In this document: positions 1 to 12,245 of the stretch, one piece after another
Numbering within the stretch: position 1 is the first letter of the stretch
How the letters are laid out: every line of letters starts with the position of its first letter
DNA from: Octopus sinensis
Lineage: Eukaryota
Direction: 5' to 3'
DNA: 64,000 bases
NCBI RefSeq assembly: GCF_006345805.1
Contig: NC_043025.1
Coordinates: 12,772,001-12,836,000, forward strand
Notes under the pieces: model-generated
Seen by the model: only the letters and a program-made list of their open reading frames with translations
What the model was told of the DNA's origin: nothing
Databases searched by the model: none
Made by a program: the position numbers and the translations under genes

Positions 1-321
1 GGTACCCCATTCAAACATCTGAAGCACCACTCAAATTTTGGAAAGATAATACAAACTCCTGGAGCGCCACTCAAACCTTTGGCAAACCACTTCAAACTCC
101 AGGAATGCTACTCCTCAAATTCCTGGGTCATCACTTAAACTTCTGGAGTGTCACTCAAACTAATCTTAGTGAACACGTTTCTGAAGAACAGTAAAGGGGT
201 TGAAGTGAACCCCTCACCAATTCAACTACACAACACTACTGCCACACAACGCTATCTCACAACACACCATCGACATCGCGTAAACGCAGCACCACATCAC
301 ATCGCATCACAGCGTCGCTAC

Positions 322-3300
322 ATGGAGACAGTCCTGCCGGCTGACAGCATTGACATCTGTTTCGGAGCGATGAAGGAAGACTTTCTGTTGCCAAGTGCCA
401 TCTCCAACGCCGACAGCCTCGACGACAACAATAACAGCAACAACAATAACAACGACAGCAATAGCATTGACAACGGCGACACTGACAAATATGGTTGCTC
501 CAGCATTGCCTCGCAGTGCAACGAGTCTTCAAACCCCAACACTGATTCCGTGACCGATTTGTTTGTGATTTCCGCAGTCATCCCTGAAGATTCGGATGGT
601 ACTGCTTTGGAGGTGAGTGCAGCTGGCAATGCTTACGAGGGATATGTTGTTGACAATGATGATGATGATGATGATGACAATGGTGGTGGTGGTGGTGATA
701 ATAATGGCAGCAGTGGTGGTCAGCCAGTGACCATCAATGTCTTGAAGCCCAACATCGTAAATAACTTGCCTTGTATTTCATCGTCTGTAGTGGCTGGCAT
801 CGTTGAAGAAGAGAGTTCTTGCGTGGATGGCACCTCCAAAGTTGTTTTTGAGAATGGTGGCACGTCAAATGACAACGACGGTGTTGACAATGACAATATT
901 AATCAGGATGACTTGACGGCTAGAAATGTCATTGTCGTTGGCAGTCCTGTCGAATCTCAGGACAATACAGACGCAGGAAGCAACAATTTGATTTCTGATT
1001 TTCTATCTTTGAAAAAAAAAGGCCTAAAGTTGTCTGATGTGGGTGACTCGTTGGCCCTGGAGGGACTTGCTGCACCAGAAGATGATGCAGTTGCACCCAC
1101 TGCAGTTGTTAAGAAGCTCTTTTTTGTTTCTGGCATCTGCTCTCAACCGTCATCGATGGTGGTTTCGGTGCCAGAAATGGACTCTCTTGTGATGAATTCA
1201 ACAAGAGTGACAACGATGATGACAATGTCATCTTCAACTTCTACACCATCATTGTTATCATCATCATCATCAGTGTCGTTGTCATCATCGTCATCGCTTG
1301 CACTGCCGCAACAACGACAACAGCAGCAAAATAAGCAGCGTAGGCACTCGTGCAGCTGGTGTCCAAAGTCATTCAGCCGAAGCTGCGATTTGCAGCGCCA
1401 CCTGAGAATACACACAGGTGAAAAGCCATACAGGTGCTCACACTGCGGGAAAACCTTCTCGCAGTCGGGCAGCCTCTCTTCCCACCGTCGCATCCACACA
1501 GGCGAAAAGAAAAAGCTGTTTGAGTGCCGCCAGTGCCATGCCTCGTTCGCTGTGAACGCCGAGATGCTCGCCCATTCCAAGTCGGTACACCAGCATCACA
1601 ATAATCTCTCCGGGGGCGCCAACAATACATCCATCAAGTGTACATACTGCCAGAAGACGTTTGTCTCTCCGAGCACGCTTGCGACGCACCTGCGCGTGCA
1701 TACAGGTGAGAAGCCCTTTTCGTGCTCGATGTGCGCAAAGTCGTTTGCGCACAAGAGCGACCTCACGAAGCATGTGCGGTCGCATACGGGTGAGAAGCCG
1801 TTTCGCTGTGAAATCTGCCAGAAGTTGTTCTCGCGTTCCACCAGCCTCACTGTGCACCGGCGCTGCCACACGGGGGAGAAGCCGTTCTGCTGCATCTGCT
1901 GTTCCAAGTCGTTTTCCTGCTCCAGTTACCTCACCAAGCACATGCGCACACACACCGGCGAAAAGCCGTACGTGTGCAAGCACTGTGACAAGTCGTTCCG
2001 TGTGTCCAGCCACCTTGCTCGGCATACGAGGGGCCATGCGCGGTTGAAAGGATTTGACCATAAGTACTGCAAAAACTCCAGCACTAACGCCGGCACCACC
2101 TCTGCCAACGATGACAACAATGGTGCCGACACCACCACCAACAACCATGATGACGACAGCTATTTGAAAACAGCAGCAACGTGCATAACAGTTGCAACAA
2201 CAACAACAACAACAGGAACCATTACAACAAGTATATTAACAACAGCTGTTCCTGTGTCATCAACAACAACAACATCGGCGGCTGCAGACGGTTCGTTAGT
2301 AACGATGTCATCTTCGTCGTTAGTATCACTTTGTACAGTGGAAAGAGAAGCGGAGTCAGAGGTGCAGTTAGTTCAACAGGTGCCGCCGGTGGCACCATCT
2401 GACGTTGTGCCCCGACTCCCCATGTCATCTGCGCCACAGCCCCAACAGCAGTATCGCCATCAGACCATAAAACTGAATCTGGAAGCGATGACCCCATCCG
2501 ACCTCTGCATGTCGGATGCTGGGAATTTTGACAGGGTGCAACAGTCAGGTGTGCAACATCAGGGCGAGTGCATGCCGGTGGTGTCCATGCAGAGCATGAA
2601 ATGTTTCACACCTGTGACCACTGATCGGTCAAGCCAATCACATCAAACTATGCAGCTGCACAATGTGCAGTGCATGCCATCCGTTGCTGGAGTGCAGCTG
2701 GTTCAAAATATGGAAGGTATGGAGACGATGCATGCTGCAGATGTCCAATGCATCGAAACTCTCCCTGTTATGCCTGGTGGGCAGTCTGTGGCCGAGGTAC
2801 ATGTAGAAGATGTCCAGTGCATGGAAGCGTTACCTGGAGTACAAGTTGACGACATCCGGTGTGTGAAGTCAATGCCCAATGTCCAAGTGCAAGACGTCCA
2901 CGAGTGCATCCAATCCTTCCTCCCGGCTCCCACCGGTGTCGATAACCAAGACGGAGGCGTGCAGTCGGCATCAGACATCCAAGCAGTGCAGGTGATGGAA
3001 TTCAGATATGCCACCGCAGCCGACAGCAGTGCAACGACCGACCCTTTGGTGAGGGCCGAAAACATGGGCACGTTTGTGTTTGAGAACTCCCAGCAGCAAA
3101 ACCCGTCGGACGACCGCCAGGTGGCCACCGTCTCCTACGACTACGCGTCGTCCCTGTTCTCGATTGCCGAGGCTGGTCTCACTTTCCACAGCTGTGCCGA
3201 ATGTGGGAAGATCTACTTAAACGAATCAGTATACCGGGTCCATCTGCGATCTCACACCGCACTGGTCGCCCTCCACAAAAACTCAAATGACCAGTTCCTC

Positions 3301-3354
3301 CACTATAATTGCTGCCAAAGACAAGATTTAGCAGGATTAGAATTCAGGATCTGA
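322..3354 (+). CDS. C2H2 zinc-finger protein (Kruppel-type; 8 clustered fingers plus 1 isolated C-terminal finger), about 1010 aa from the first ATG
   Basis: Uninterrupted ORF 148-3354 with first ATG at 322 (METVLPADS). Repeated CxxC-x12-HxxxH fingers joined by TGEKP linkers (about 1350-2037), plus CAECGKIYLNESVYRVHLRSH near the end. Acidic/Asn-rich N-terminus. An upstream exon cannot be excluded. Confidence 0.93.
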   Translation: METVLPADSIDICFGAMKEDFLLPSAISNADSLDDNNNSNNNNNDSNSIDNGDTDKYGCSSIASQCNESSNPNTDSVTDLFVISAVIPEDSDGTALEVSAAGNAYEGYVVDNDDDDDDDNGGGGGDNNGSSGGQPVTINVLKPNIVNNLPCISSSVVAGIVEEESSCVDGTSKVVFENGGTSNDNDGVDNDNINQDDLTARNVIVVGSPVESQDNTDAGSNNLISDFLSLKKKGLKLSDVGDSLALEGLAAPEDDAVAPTAVVKKLFFVSGICSQPSSMVVSVPEMDSLVMNSTRVTTMMTMSSSTSTPSLLSSSSSVSLSSSSSLALPQQRQQQQNKQRRHSCSWCPKSFSRSCDLQRHLRIHTGEKPYRCSHCGKTFSQSGSLSSHRRIHTGEKKKLFECRQCHASFAVNAEMLAHSKSVHQHHNNLSGGANNTSIKCTYCQKTFVSPSTLATHLRVHTGEKPFSCSMCAKSFAHKSDLTKHVRSHTGEKPFRCEICQKLFSRSTSLTVHRRCHTGEKPFCCICCSKSFSCSSYLTKHMRTHTGEKPYVCKHCDKSFRVSSHLARHTRGHARLKGFDHKYCKNSSTNAGTTSANDDNNGADTTTNNHDDDSYLKTAATCITVATTTTTTGTITTSILTTAVPVSSTTTTSAAADGSLVTMSSSSLVSLCTVEREAESEVQLVQQVPPVAPSDVVPRLPMSSAPQPQQQYRHQTIKLNLEAMTPSDLCMSDAGNFDRVQQSGVQHQGECMPVVSMQSMKCFTPVTTDRSSQSHQTMQLHNVQCMPSVAGVQLVQNMEGMETMHAADVQCIETLPVMPGGQSVAEVHVEDVQCMEALPGVQVDDIRCVKSMPNVQVQDVHECIQSFLPAPTGVDNQDGGVQSASDIQAVQVMEFRYATAADSSATTDPLVRAENMGTFVFENSQQQNPSDDRQVATVSYDYASSLFSIAEAGLTFHSCAECGKIYLNESVYRVHLRSHTALVALHKNSNDQFLHYNCCQRQDLAGLEFRI

Positions 3355-3505
3355 AGTTTGGTACTTCAAAGAATTGTGAATCAAAAGAATGCCATTTAAC
3401 CCTAGGCCTTCCTTGTACTCAGCATACCCATGACTAAGATCATCCTGGATATGTCCATCAATGGCCTTCACTCAAGCTTTGCCTGAGGTACTTTGTGCTT
3501 ATATC

Positions 3506-4105
3506 ACTCAGTGGTACCTCAATTGTATACTCAGTGGTACCTTGACTGTATACTCAGTGGTACCTTGATTGTATACACAGTGGTACCTTGACTGTATACT
3601 CAGTGGTACCTCAATTGTATACTCAGTGGTACCTTGATTGTATACTCTGTGGTACCTTGATTGTATACTCAGTGGTACCTTGACTGTATACTCAGTGGTA
3701 CCTTGACTGTATACTCAGTGGTACCTTGACTGTATACTCAGTGATACCTCAATTGTATACTCAGTGGTACCTTGACTGTATACTCAGTGGTACCTCAATT
3801 GTATACTCAGTGGTACCTTGATTGTATACTCTGTGGTACCTTGATTGTATACTCAGTGGTACCTTGACTGTATACTCAGTGGTACCTTGACTGTATACTC
3901 AGTGGTACCTTGATTGTATACTCAGTGGTACCTTGACTGTATACTCAGTGGTACCTTGACTGTATACTCATTGGTACCTTGATTGTATACTCAGTGGTAC
4001 CTTGACTGTATACTCAGTGGTACCTTGACTGTATACTCAGTGGTACCTTCATTGTATACTCAGTGGTACCTTCATTGTATACTCAGTGGTACCTTCATTG
4101 TATAT
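3506..4105. repeat. 23-bp minisatellite (CTCAGTGGTACCTTGAYTGTATA)n, about 26 copies, decaying into degenerate GGTACC-containing units to about 4690
   Basis: Period 23 read directly (unit starts at 3691 and 3714). Confidence 0.95.
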
Positions 4106-5282
4106 TAGCTTGTAGTGCATTGTGTTCATAATTGATAAATCAGAGGTACCCTGATTGTGTACTACTACACATTCAAACCACCCTATGGTACCTTGATTGT
4201 ACACTGGCTTGTGTATATTATATCCATGTCATCCTGTGGTACCTCAATCGTATACTAGCTTGTGGTACATTGTGTTCATATCACCCTCTGGTACCTTGAT
4301 CATATACTAGCTTGTGGTACCTTGATCAAAGTAGCTCATGGTACATTGTGTTCAGAATAAATCAGTGATACCCTGATTGTATACTAGCTTGTACCACACT
4401 TTCATAGCAGTCTGTGGTACCTTAAGTGGATTCTAGCTTATGGCACCTTGATTGTAAACTAGCCTGTGGTACATTGTGTAGATTATAAACCAGTGGTACA
4501 CTGATTATAAACTAATTTATGATACCACACATTCACATCACTCTGTGGTACCTCGACTATATTCTAGCATGTGGTACATGATATCCATGTCATTCTGTGT
4601 TCATATGATCTTGTGGTACCATTTACCAATACAAGCCTGGTGTATCTTGTGTCCATGGTACCCTGCGCTTACGGCACCACCCAATGGTACTATGTATTTC
4701 CCAGCCTGTGATACTATCTTTACGCATGAATGAACTTTGGTCACAGAATCAACAGCGGAACTGTTATTTATTTTTCAATTTTTTTTTTTTTTTTTTTTTT
4801 GTCGAGCAGTGAACTCTACTGCCACCACTACAACCACCTAAAAAAATTTCTAAAAAGGTGTCAGCTTTTTTGTCTCCTGGACCTGGAAAATGTTTTAAAA
4901 TAAATATTTTTTTTCTTTCAAAAAAAAAATTTTTTAATATAACAAAAAAAAAAAAGAAAAAGAAACATCGTAAAACAAAACAAAACAAAACAAAAAACAA
5001 AAACCCCTCCAGTCTCAGGATTTTGTACATCTCTTTCTAACCCACCCTGCTCTGGCCACCACCCCTGAAAATAAGAGTTTGGGGTATGAAAGAGATAGAC
5101 CCCCTACATAAATATTTTCTGGAAACTCCACTGCCCCAACCAAAATACTAACATGCATAAAAAAAACAAAAAAAGGAAGTTTACTTTTTGTTACATATTC
5201 AACCAAGACAAAAAAAAAACATTAAAAAAATTGATTGAAAATGAATTTAATTTTTGAGTTAAAATAAAATTGTAATGAAATT

Positions 5283-6920
5283 TAATAATGAAATTATTGT
5301 ATACAGTGCTCAGGTGCCCCACAACCTGTCAAAAGTGCATATAAAGCATCTGCAGTGATGTAGAAATGTCTGGGAAGTGAACAGTGTATGAGTCAGATAC
5401 ATGCTTGCGTGTGTATGGAGGGGAGGAGAAGATCAGGTGTAGTGTTGGCGAATCTTAGGAATAATTATAATAATGAAATTATTGTATACAGTGCTCAGGT
5501 GCCTCACAGCTTGTCCAAAGTTTGTATAAAGCATATGCAGTGATGTAGAAATGTCTGGGAAGTGAACAGTGTATGAGTCAGATAGATGCTTGCTGTGTGT
5601 ATGGAGGGGAGGAGAAGATCAGGTGTAGTGTTGACGAATCTTAGGAATAATTATAATAATGAAATTATTGTATACAGTGCTCAGGTGCCTCACAGCTTGT
5701 CCAAAGTTTGTATAAAGCATATGCAGTGATGTAGAAATGTCTGGGAAGTGAACAGTGTATGAGTCAGATAGATGCTTGCTTGTGTGTATGGAGGGGAGGA
5801 GAAGATCAGGTGTAGTGTTGACGAATCTTAGGAATAATTATAATAATGAAATTATTGTATACAGTGCTCAGGTGCCTCACAGCTTGTCCAAAGTTTGTAT
5901 AAAGCATATGCAGTGATGTAGAAATGTCTGGGAAGTGAACAGTGTATGAGTCAGATAGATGCTTGCTTGTGTGTATGGAGGGGAGGAGAAGATCAGGTGT
6001 AGTGTTGACGAATCTTAGGAATAATTATAATAATGAAATTATTGTATACAGTGCTCAGGTGCCTCACAGCTGTCCAAAGTTTGTATAAAGCATATGCAGT
6101 GATGTAGAAATGTCTGGGAAGTGAACAGTGTATGAGTCAGATAGATGCTTGCTTGTGTGTATGGAGGGGAGGAGAAGATCAGGTGTAGTGTTGGCGAATC
6201 TTAGGAATAATTATAATAATGAAATTATTGTATACAGTGCTCAGGTGCCTCACAGCTTGTCCAAAGTTTGTATAAAGCATATGCAGTGATGTAGAAATGT
6301 CTGGGAAGTGAACAGTGTATGAGTCAGATAGATGCTTGCTTGTGTGTATGGAGGGGAGGAGAAGATCAGGTGTAGTGTTGGCGAATCTTAGGAATAATTA
6401 TAATAATGAAATTATTGTATACAGTGCTCAGGTGCCCCACAACTTGTCCAAAGTGCGTATAAAGCATCTGCAGTAATGTACAAATATCTGGGAAGTGAAC
6501 AGTGTATGAGTCAGATACATGCTTGCTTGTGTGTATGGAGGGGAGGAGAAGATCAGGTGTAGTGTTGGCGAATCTTAGGAATAATTATAATAATGAAATT
6601 ATTGTATACAGTGCTCAGGTGCCCCACAACTTGTCCAAAGTGCGTATAAAGCATCTGCAGTAATGTACAAATATCTGGGAAGTGAACAGTGTATGAGTCA
6701 GATACATGCTTGCTTGTGTGTATGGAGGGGAGGAGAAGATCAGGTGTAGTGTTGGCGAATCTTAGGAATAATTATAATAATGAAATTATTGTATACAGTG
6801 CTCAGGTGCACCACAACCTGTCAAAAGTGCATATAAAGCATATGCAGTAATGTACAAATATCTGGGAAGTGAACAGTGTATGAGTCAGATTTATGCTTGC
6901 GTGTGTATGGAGGGAAGAAA
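5283..6920 (-). repeat. Tandem array (about 9 x 186 bp) of the 3' end of a CR1-like LINE
   Basis: Unit starts at about 5287, 5472, 5658, 5845 ... 6779. The reverse complement matches the LINE 3' end at 20600-20780 and 38000-38545. Confidence 0.9.
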
Positions 6921-7121
6921 ATTTTTAGGATTCAACGCACCCCATATAACTCCTCTTAGCTTATTCATTTTTTTTTTTTTTTAGTTTTCTCTACACGGGA
7001 ATTCATACGATTATGCCCCCCCCCCCAAATATTTGGTGTGTCATGTAAGGGCTTTTTGCTGTTATTTTTAACACATCCCACGACCACCTGATACCCTCAT
7101 CATTTGTTTTCCTCTCTGACA

Positions 7122-8043
7122 TTTTGCTGAACTTCTAGGTTACGGAGATGTAACAAAACACCAGTTGTCCAGTGATGGTGGGTATCATCTTCACACCAAA
7201 TGGGAATTGAAACCACGATCCTCTGACCGCGAGTCCAATGCCCTAACCACTGGGCCATTGCACCTCCACACCTGGGTTGGATATGGCCGTTTAAATGCAA
7301 ATGGTTTAATTGTGCATGTTCGTTGAAGTATTAAAAACTTTTGACAACACAACGAAACAAGGCTATAGTAGAGGACACTTGCCCAGGGTGCCGCGCGGTG
7401 GGACTGAACACGGAGCCATGCGGTTCGTGGGCGAGCGATTGCTACACAGTCACTACTACGTCTATGAATTTTCTTATTTAAATCACTGTTTAAGATTCGA
7501 ACAGTCCGAATTTTTAGCTAAAATACCAATAAAAGTCCATTAAATGTGTTTATGGGGGTAAAAATATTGAAAAACATCTATATGTTTTTCAATATTTTTA
7601 CCCCCATAAACACATTTAATGGACTTTTATTGGTATTTTAGCTAAAAATTCGGACTGTTCGTATCTTAAACAGTGATTTAAATAAGAAAAAATTCATAGA
7701 CGTAGTAGTGACTGTGTAGCAAGCAGCTCGCCCACGAACCGCATGGCTCCGGGTTCAGTCCCACCGCGCGGCACCCTGGGCAAGTGTCCTCTACTATAGC
7801 CTTGTTTCGTTGTGTTGTCAAAAAGTTTTTAATACTTCAACGAACATGCACAATTAAACCATTTGCATTTAAACTGGCCATATCCAACCCAGGTGTGGAG
7901 GTGCAATGGCCCAGTGGTTAGGGCATTGGACTCGCGGTCAGAGGATCGTGGTTTCAATTCCCATTTGGTGTGAAGATGATACCCACCATCACTGGACAAC
8001 TGGTGTTTTGTTTACATCTCCGTAACCTAGAAGTTCAGCAAAA
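7122..8043. repeat. About 920-bp near-perfect palindrome (arms about 460 bp) containing SINE fragments
   Basis: 7122-7578 is the reverse complement of 7582-8043, centred on AAAAACATCTATATGTTTTT, with only a few substitutions and indels. Confidence 0.95.
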
Positions 8044-8206
8044 GTGATCAATAGAATAAGTACCAGGCTTTAAAAAAAAAGTCCTGGGGCTGATTCATTT
8101 GGCTGAAAATTCCTCATGGTCACAGCCTGATGACTGAAGCAAATGAAAGATTTCTTGTAATAAATGCAAACACTCAAGTTAGTATTAACCTCTATTACAT
8201 GCAAGT

Positions 8207-8740
8207 GGAGGCGCAATGGCCCAGTGGTTAGGGCAGCAGACTCGCGGTCATAGGATCGCGGTTTCGATTCCCAGACCGGGCCATGTGAGTGTTTATTGAG
8301 CAAAAACATCTAAAGCTCCACGAGGCTCCGGCAGGGATGGTGGTGATCCCTGCTGTACTCTTTCACCGTGGAGGCGCAATGGCCCAGTGGTTAGAGCAGC
8401 GGACTCGCGGTCGTAGGATCGCGGTTTCGATTCCCAGACCGGGCGTTGTGAGTGTTTATTGAGCGAAAACACCTAAAAGCTCCACAAGGCTCCGGCAGGG
8501 AATGGTGATGATCCCTGCTGTACTCTTTCACCACAACTTTCTCTCACTCTTACTTCCTGTTTCTGGTGTACCTGTATTTTAAAGGGCCGGCCTTGTCACT
8601 CTGAATATCCCCCAGAACTATGTTAAGGGTACACGTGTCTGTGGAGTGCTCAGCCACTTACACGTTAATTTCACGAGCAGGCTGTTCCGTTGATCGGATC
8701 AACCGGAACCCTCGTCGTCATAACCGACGGAGTGCTCCCA
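8207..8740 (+). mobile_element. tRNA-derived SINE family A (truncated copy followed by a full copy)
   Basis: GGAGGCGCAATGGCCCAGTGGTTAG (A box) ... GGTTTCGATTCCC (B box). Further copies at 34073-34460 and 61929-62100. Confidence 0.85.
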
Positions 8741-9492
8741 TCCCATTACATGCAATATCAAGAAAGCCAGCTAGAAAGAACTTTGCAAGGAGTGAAAAAG
8801 CAATAATTAATTGTCTCTCTGCATGTAAAATGTCAATCATATATCCACTTTATGTGTTATTGATTTGCAGCTTTCTGTCACACTATAAAATGTGGAAGGA
8901 GAAAGCAGTGGCTGTGCCGAGAGAGAGAGACCGTGTTATAAGGAGGGAATGGATTAGATAGATAAGAAGTAGATTGGTGGGAGATTGACAGAGTGAAAAT
9001 CAGTAGCTTGTGATGTAGTCATGGGAACAAATATGGGTGGGGTTAGGGAAAAGAATGAGAGAGGAAGAAATTGTATAAGTAAGAGAGGGGAGGTGGGGGA
9101 AAAAAACAAAGGTCTAGAAGAGAGAAAGATAATTAGTGATTTAATGTGGAAAAAAAAATTTGTGTACAATATTAAAGTAATGTAAGGAGATGATGGTAGA
9201 TGAAGAGATGGAGGCATAATTTGATTGAGAGAGAAAAAGGGATTTTACAAACAGAGAGGAACAGAAGAAATAATTACGGCTTGGAAGTGAATGAGTGAAA
9301 ATAATGGAGAAGATTGGGAGGAAATGACTGATAGAAAATGAAAAGAATACAAGAAAACAATGGAGAAATATTTGAAGAAGAAGCATTCAGAATGAAACAG
9401 CCATCCACGTATGTACACTGTTAACAGGCAAGATACTGCAGTTTTTTTATCTGAGATGAAATTGCTTATAGATGTTGTGTGTGAGATATACA

Positions 9493-10325
9493 GGCATGGC
9501 TGTGTGGTTAGGGTTAGGGCGAGCTGGCGGAATCGTTAGCACGCCGGGCGAAATGCTTAGCGGTATTTCGTCTGCGTTACGTTGTGAGTTCAAATTCCAC
9601 CGAGGTCAACTTTGCCTTTCATCCTTTCGGGGTCGATAAATTAAGTACCAGTTATGCACTGGGGTCGATGTAATCGACTTAATACCTATGTCTGTCCTTG
9701 TTTGTCCCCTCTGTGTTTATCCCCTTGTGGGTAGTAAAGAAATAGGTATTTGGTCAGTCGCTACGTTCTGAGTTCAAATTCCGCCGAGGTCGACTTTGCC
9801 TTTCATCCTTTCGGGGTCGATAAATTAAGTACCAGTTACGCACTGGGGTCGATGTAATCGACTTAATACCTATGTCTGTCCTTGTTTGTCCCCTCTGTGT
9901 TTAGCCCCTTGTGGGTAGTAAAGAAATAGGTTAGGGTTAGGGTTAGCTTACTTCCCCACCACAAGGTTCCAGGTTCAGTCCCACCGCGTGACACCTTGGG
10001 CAAATGTCTTCTACCATAGCCTTGGGCTGATTAAAGCTTTGTGAGTGGATTAGGGGGATGGAAACTGAAAGAATCCCATCATATATGCATGTATGTATGT
10101 GTGCATGTGTACATACATGCATACATGTGTGTGTCTTTGTGTCTGTTTTTGTACCCCCTACACCTCTTCTGTTGGTGTTGGTGTGTTTACATCCCCGTAA
10201 CTTAGTGGTTCAGCAAAAGAGACTGATAGAATAAGTAGGTACTGAGATCAATTCATTCTACTAAAAATTCTTCAAGAAGTGCCCCAGCATGGTCGCAGTC
10301 TAATGACTGAAATAAGTAAAGGATA
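9493..10325 (+). mobile_element. CORE-type tRNA SINE interrupted by a Meta-type SINE (about 9518-9930)
   Basis: Head GGCATGGCTGTGTGGTTAG resumes at about 9945 (GCTTACTTCCC...ACCTTGGGCAA). The insert carries GCCTTTCATCCTTTCGGGGTCGATAAATTAAGTACCAG twice. Confidence 0.8.
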
Positions 10326-10367
10326 AAAGACAAAATATATTATTTTTTTTTTTTCCAATCTTGCCTC

Positions 10368-12096
10368 GGATCTTTTCGGTTTGAACGGCAGTTTTTTCTA
10401 GTGGTGTCATGTGAAATTGTCACCCATAATTATGACCCTAGTATCGATCTATTGCATTTCAATGTTTTAGGGTTAGTGTGGGGGGTATCTTTTTTCTTCA
10501 GAAATGTAAATAAACCCAATCTGTTTCTTAAACGAGGGACATATTCATACGGCACAGAATGTTTTTTTTACCTCAATAGACGTCATTGATTGGTTGAAAT
10601 TGTAGAAATTGAAGAAAAAAAACTATAGCATTTTTAAGTAATTTCAAACTATAGCATTTTTAAGTAATTTAAAAATAATTTCTTTGTAACTAAACACTTT
10701 TAAACTTCGTATACTGGTAGAATGTGTTTATAAAAGATCTTTAAAACAGCAGTAATTGTATTCACCTCAATAGACGTCATTGATTGGTTGAAATTGTAGA
10801 AATTGAAGAAAAAAAACTATAGCATTTTTAAGTAATTTCAAACTATAGCATTTTTAAGTAATTTTAAAAATAATTTCTTGTAACTAAACACTTTTAAACT
10901 TCGTATACTGGTAGAATGTGTTTATAAAAGATCTTTAAAACAGCAGTAATTGTATTCACCTCAATAGACGTCATTGATTGGTTGAAATTGTAGAAATTGA
11001 AGAAAAAAAACTATAGCATTTTTAAGTAATTTCAAACTATAGCATTTTTAAGTAATTTTAAAATAATTCTTTGTAACTAAACACTTTTAAACTTCGTATA
11101 CTGGTAGAATGTGTTTATAAAAGATCTTTAAAACAGTAGTAATTGTATTCACCTCAATAGACGTCATTGATTGGTTGAAATTGTAGAAATTGAAGAAAAA
11201 AAACTATAGCATTTTTAAGTAATTTTAAAATAATTTCTTTGTAACTAAACACTTTTAAACTTCGTATACTGGTAGAATGTGTTTATAAAAGATCTTTAAA
11301 ACAGCAGTAATTGTATTCACCTCAATAGACGTCATTGATTGGTTGAAATTGTAGAAATTGAAGAAAAAAAACTATAGCATTTTTAAGTAATTTCAAACTA
11401 TAGCATTTTTAAGTAATTTTAAAATAATTTCTTTGTAACTAAACACTTTTAAACTTCGTATACTGGTAGAATGTGTTTATAAAAGATCTTTAAAACAGCA
11501 GTAATTGTATTCACCTCAATAGACGTCATTGATTGGTTGAAATTGTAGAAATTGAAGAAAAAAAACTATAGCATTTTTAAGTAATTTCAAACTATAGCAT
11601 TTTTAAGTAATTTTAAAATAATTTCTTTGTAACTAAACACTTTTAAACTTCGTATACTGGTAGAATGTGTTTATAAAAGATCTTTAAAACAGCAGTAATT
11701 GTATTCACTTCAATAGACGTCATTGATTGGTTGAAATTGTAGAAATTGAAGAAAAAAAACTATAGCATTTTTAAGTAATTTCAAACTATAGCATTTTTAA
11801 GTAATTTTAAAATAATTTCTTTGTAACTAAACACTTTTAAACTTCGTATACTGGTAGAATGTGTCACATAAAACATCTTTAAAACAGCAGTAATTGTATT
11901 CACCTCAATAGACGTCATTGATTGGTTGAAATTGCCGAAATGCAAGAAATAGCTTACAAACTACAGAATTTTCTCAAGGAAGCCAAGAAGAGAAAAAGAT
12001 GTTTTATAAACACATTCTACCAGTATAAGAAGTTTAAAAGTGTTTAGTTACGTGGAAATTATTTTTAAAAAACTGCCGGTCAAACCGAAAAGATCC
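10368..12096. mobile_element. Non-autonomous TIR DNA transposon with an internal 194-bp tandem array (7 units)
   Basis: TIRs GGATCTTTTCGGTTTGAACGGCAGTTTTTT / AAAAAACTGCCGGTCAAACCGAAAAGATCC. Unit starts at 10571, 10765, 10959, 11152, 11320, 11514, 11708, 11903. A solo right end lies at about 25780-25890. No clear TSD seen. Confidence 0.85.
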
Positions 12097-12245
12097 CCTA
12101 GATGTATTAGGAGGAGGAAGCTTCATTCACGATGGTTACATTTTCAAACTGAAGACGCTTCTTTTTTAGCGATTCTATAAAAGAGAAAGTGGAAAATCAA
12201 AAAACAAAAAAATTTTTGCTAAGGGAAATAACTCTATCTGACATC

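Noticed and set aside
148-321. N-terminal extension of the zinc-finger ORF
   Set aside because: It starts at GTG in a degenerate CACTCAAAC repeat; the first ATG is at 322.
3506-4690. CRISPR-like array (palindromic short repeats)
   Set aside because: Units are head-to-tail with no unique spacers, there are no cas genes, and the context is eukaryotic.
4764-5280. Lys/Phe-rich short ORFs
   Set aside because: Homopolymer-rich, probably low-quality consensus sequence.
8207-8280. tRNA genes
   Set aside because: These are tRNA-like heads that continue into SINE bodies and recur many times; no proper acceptor stem.
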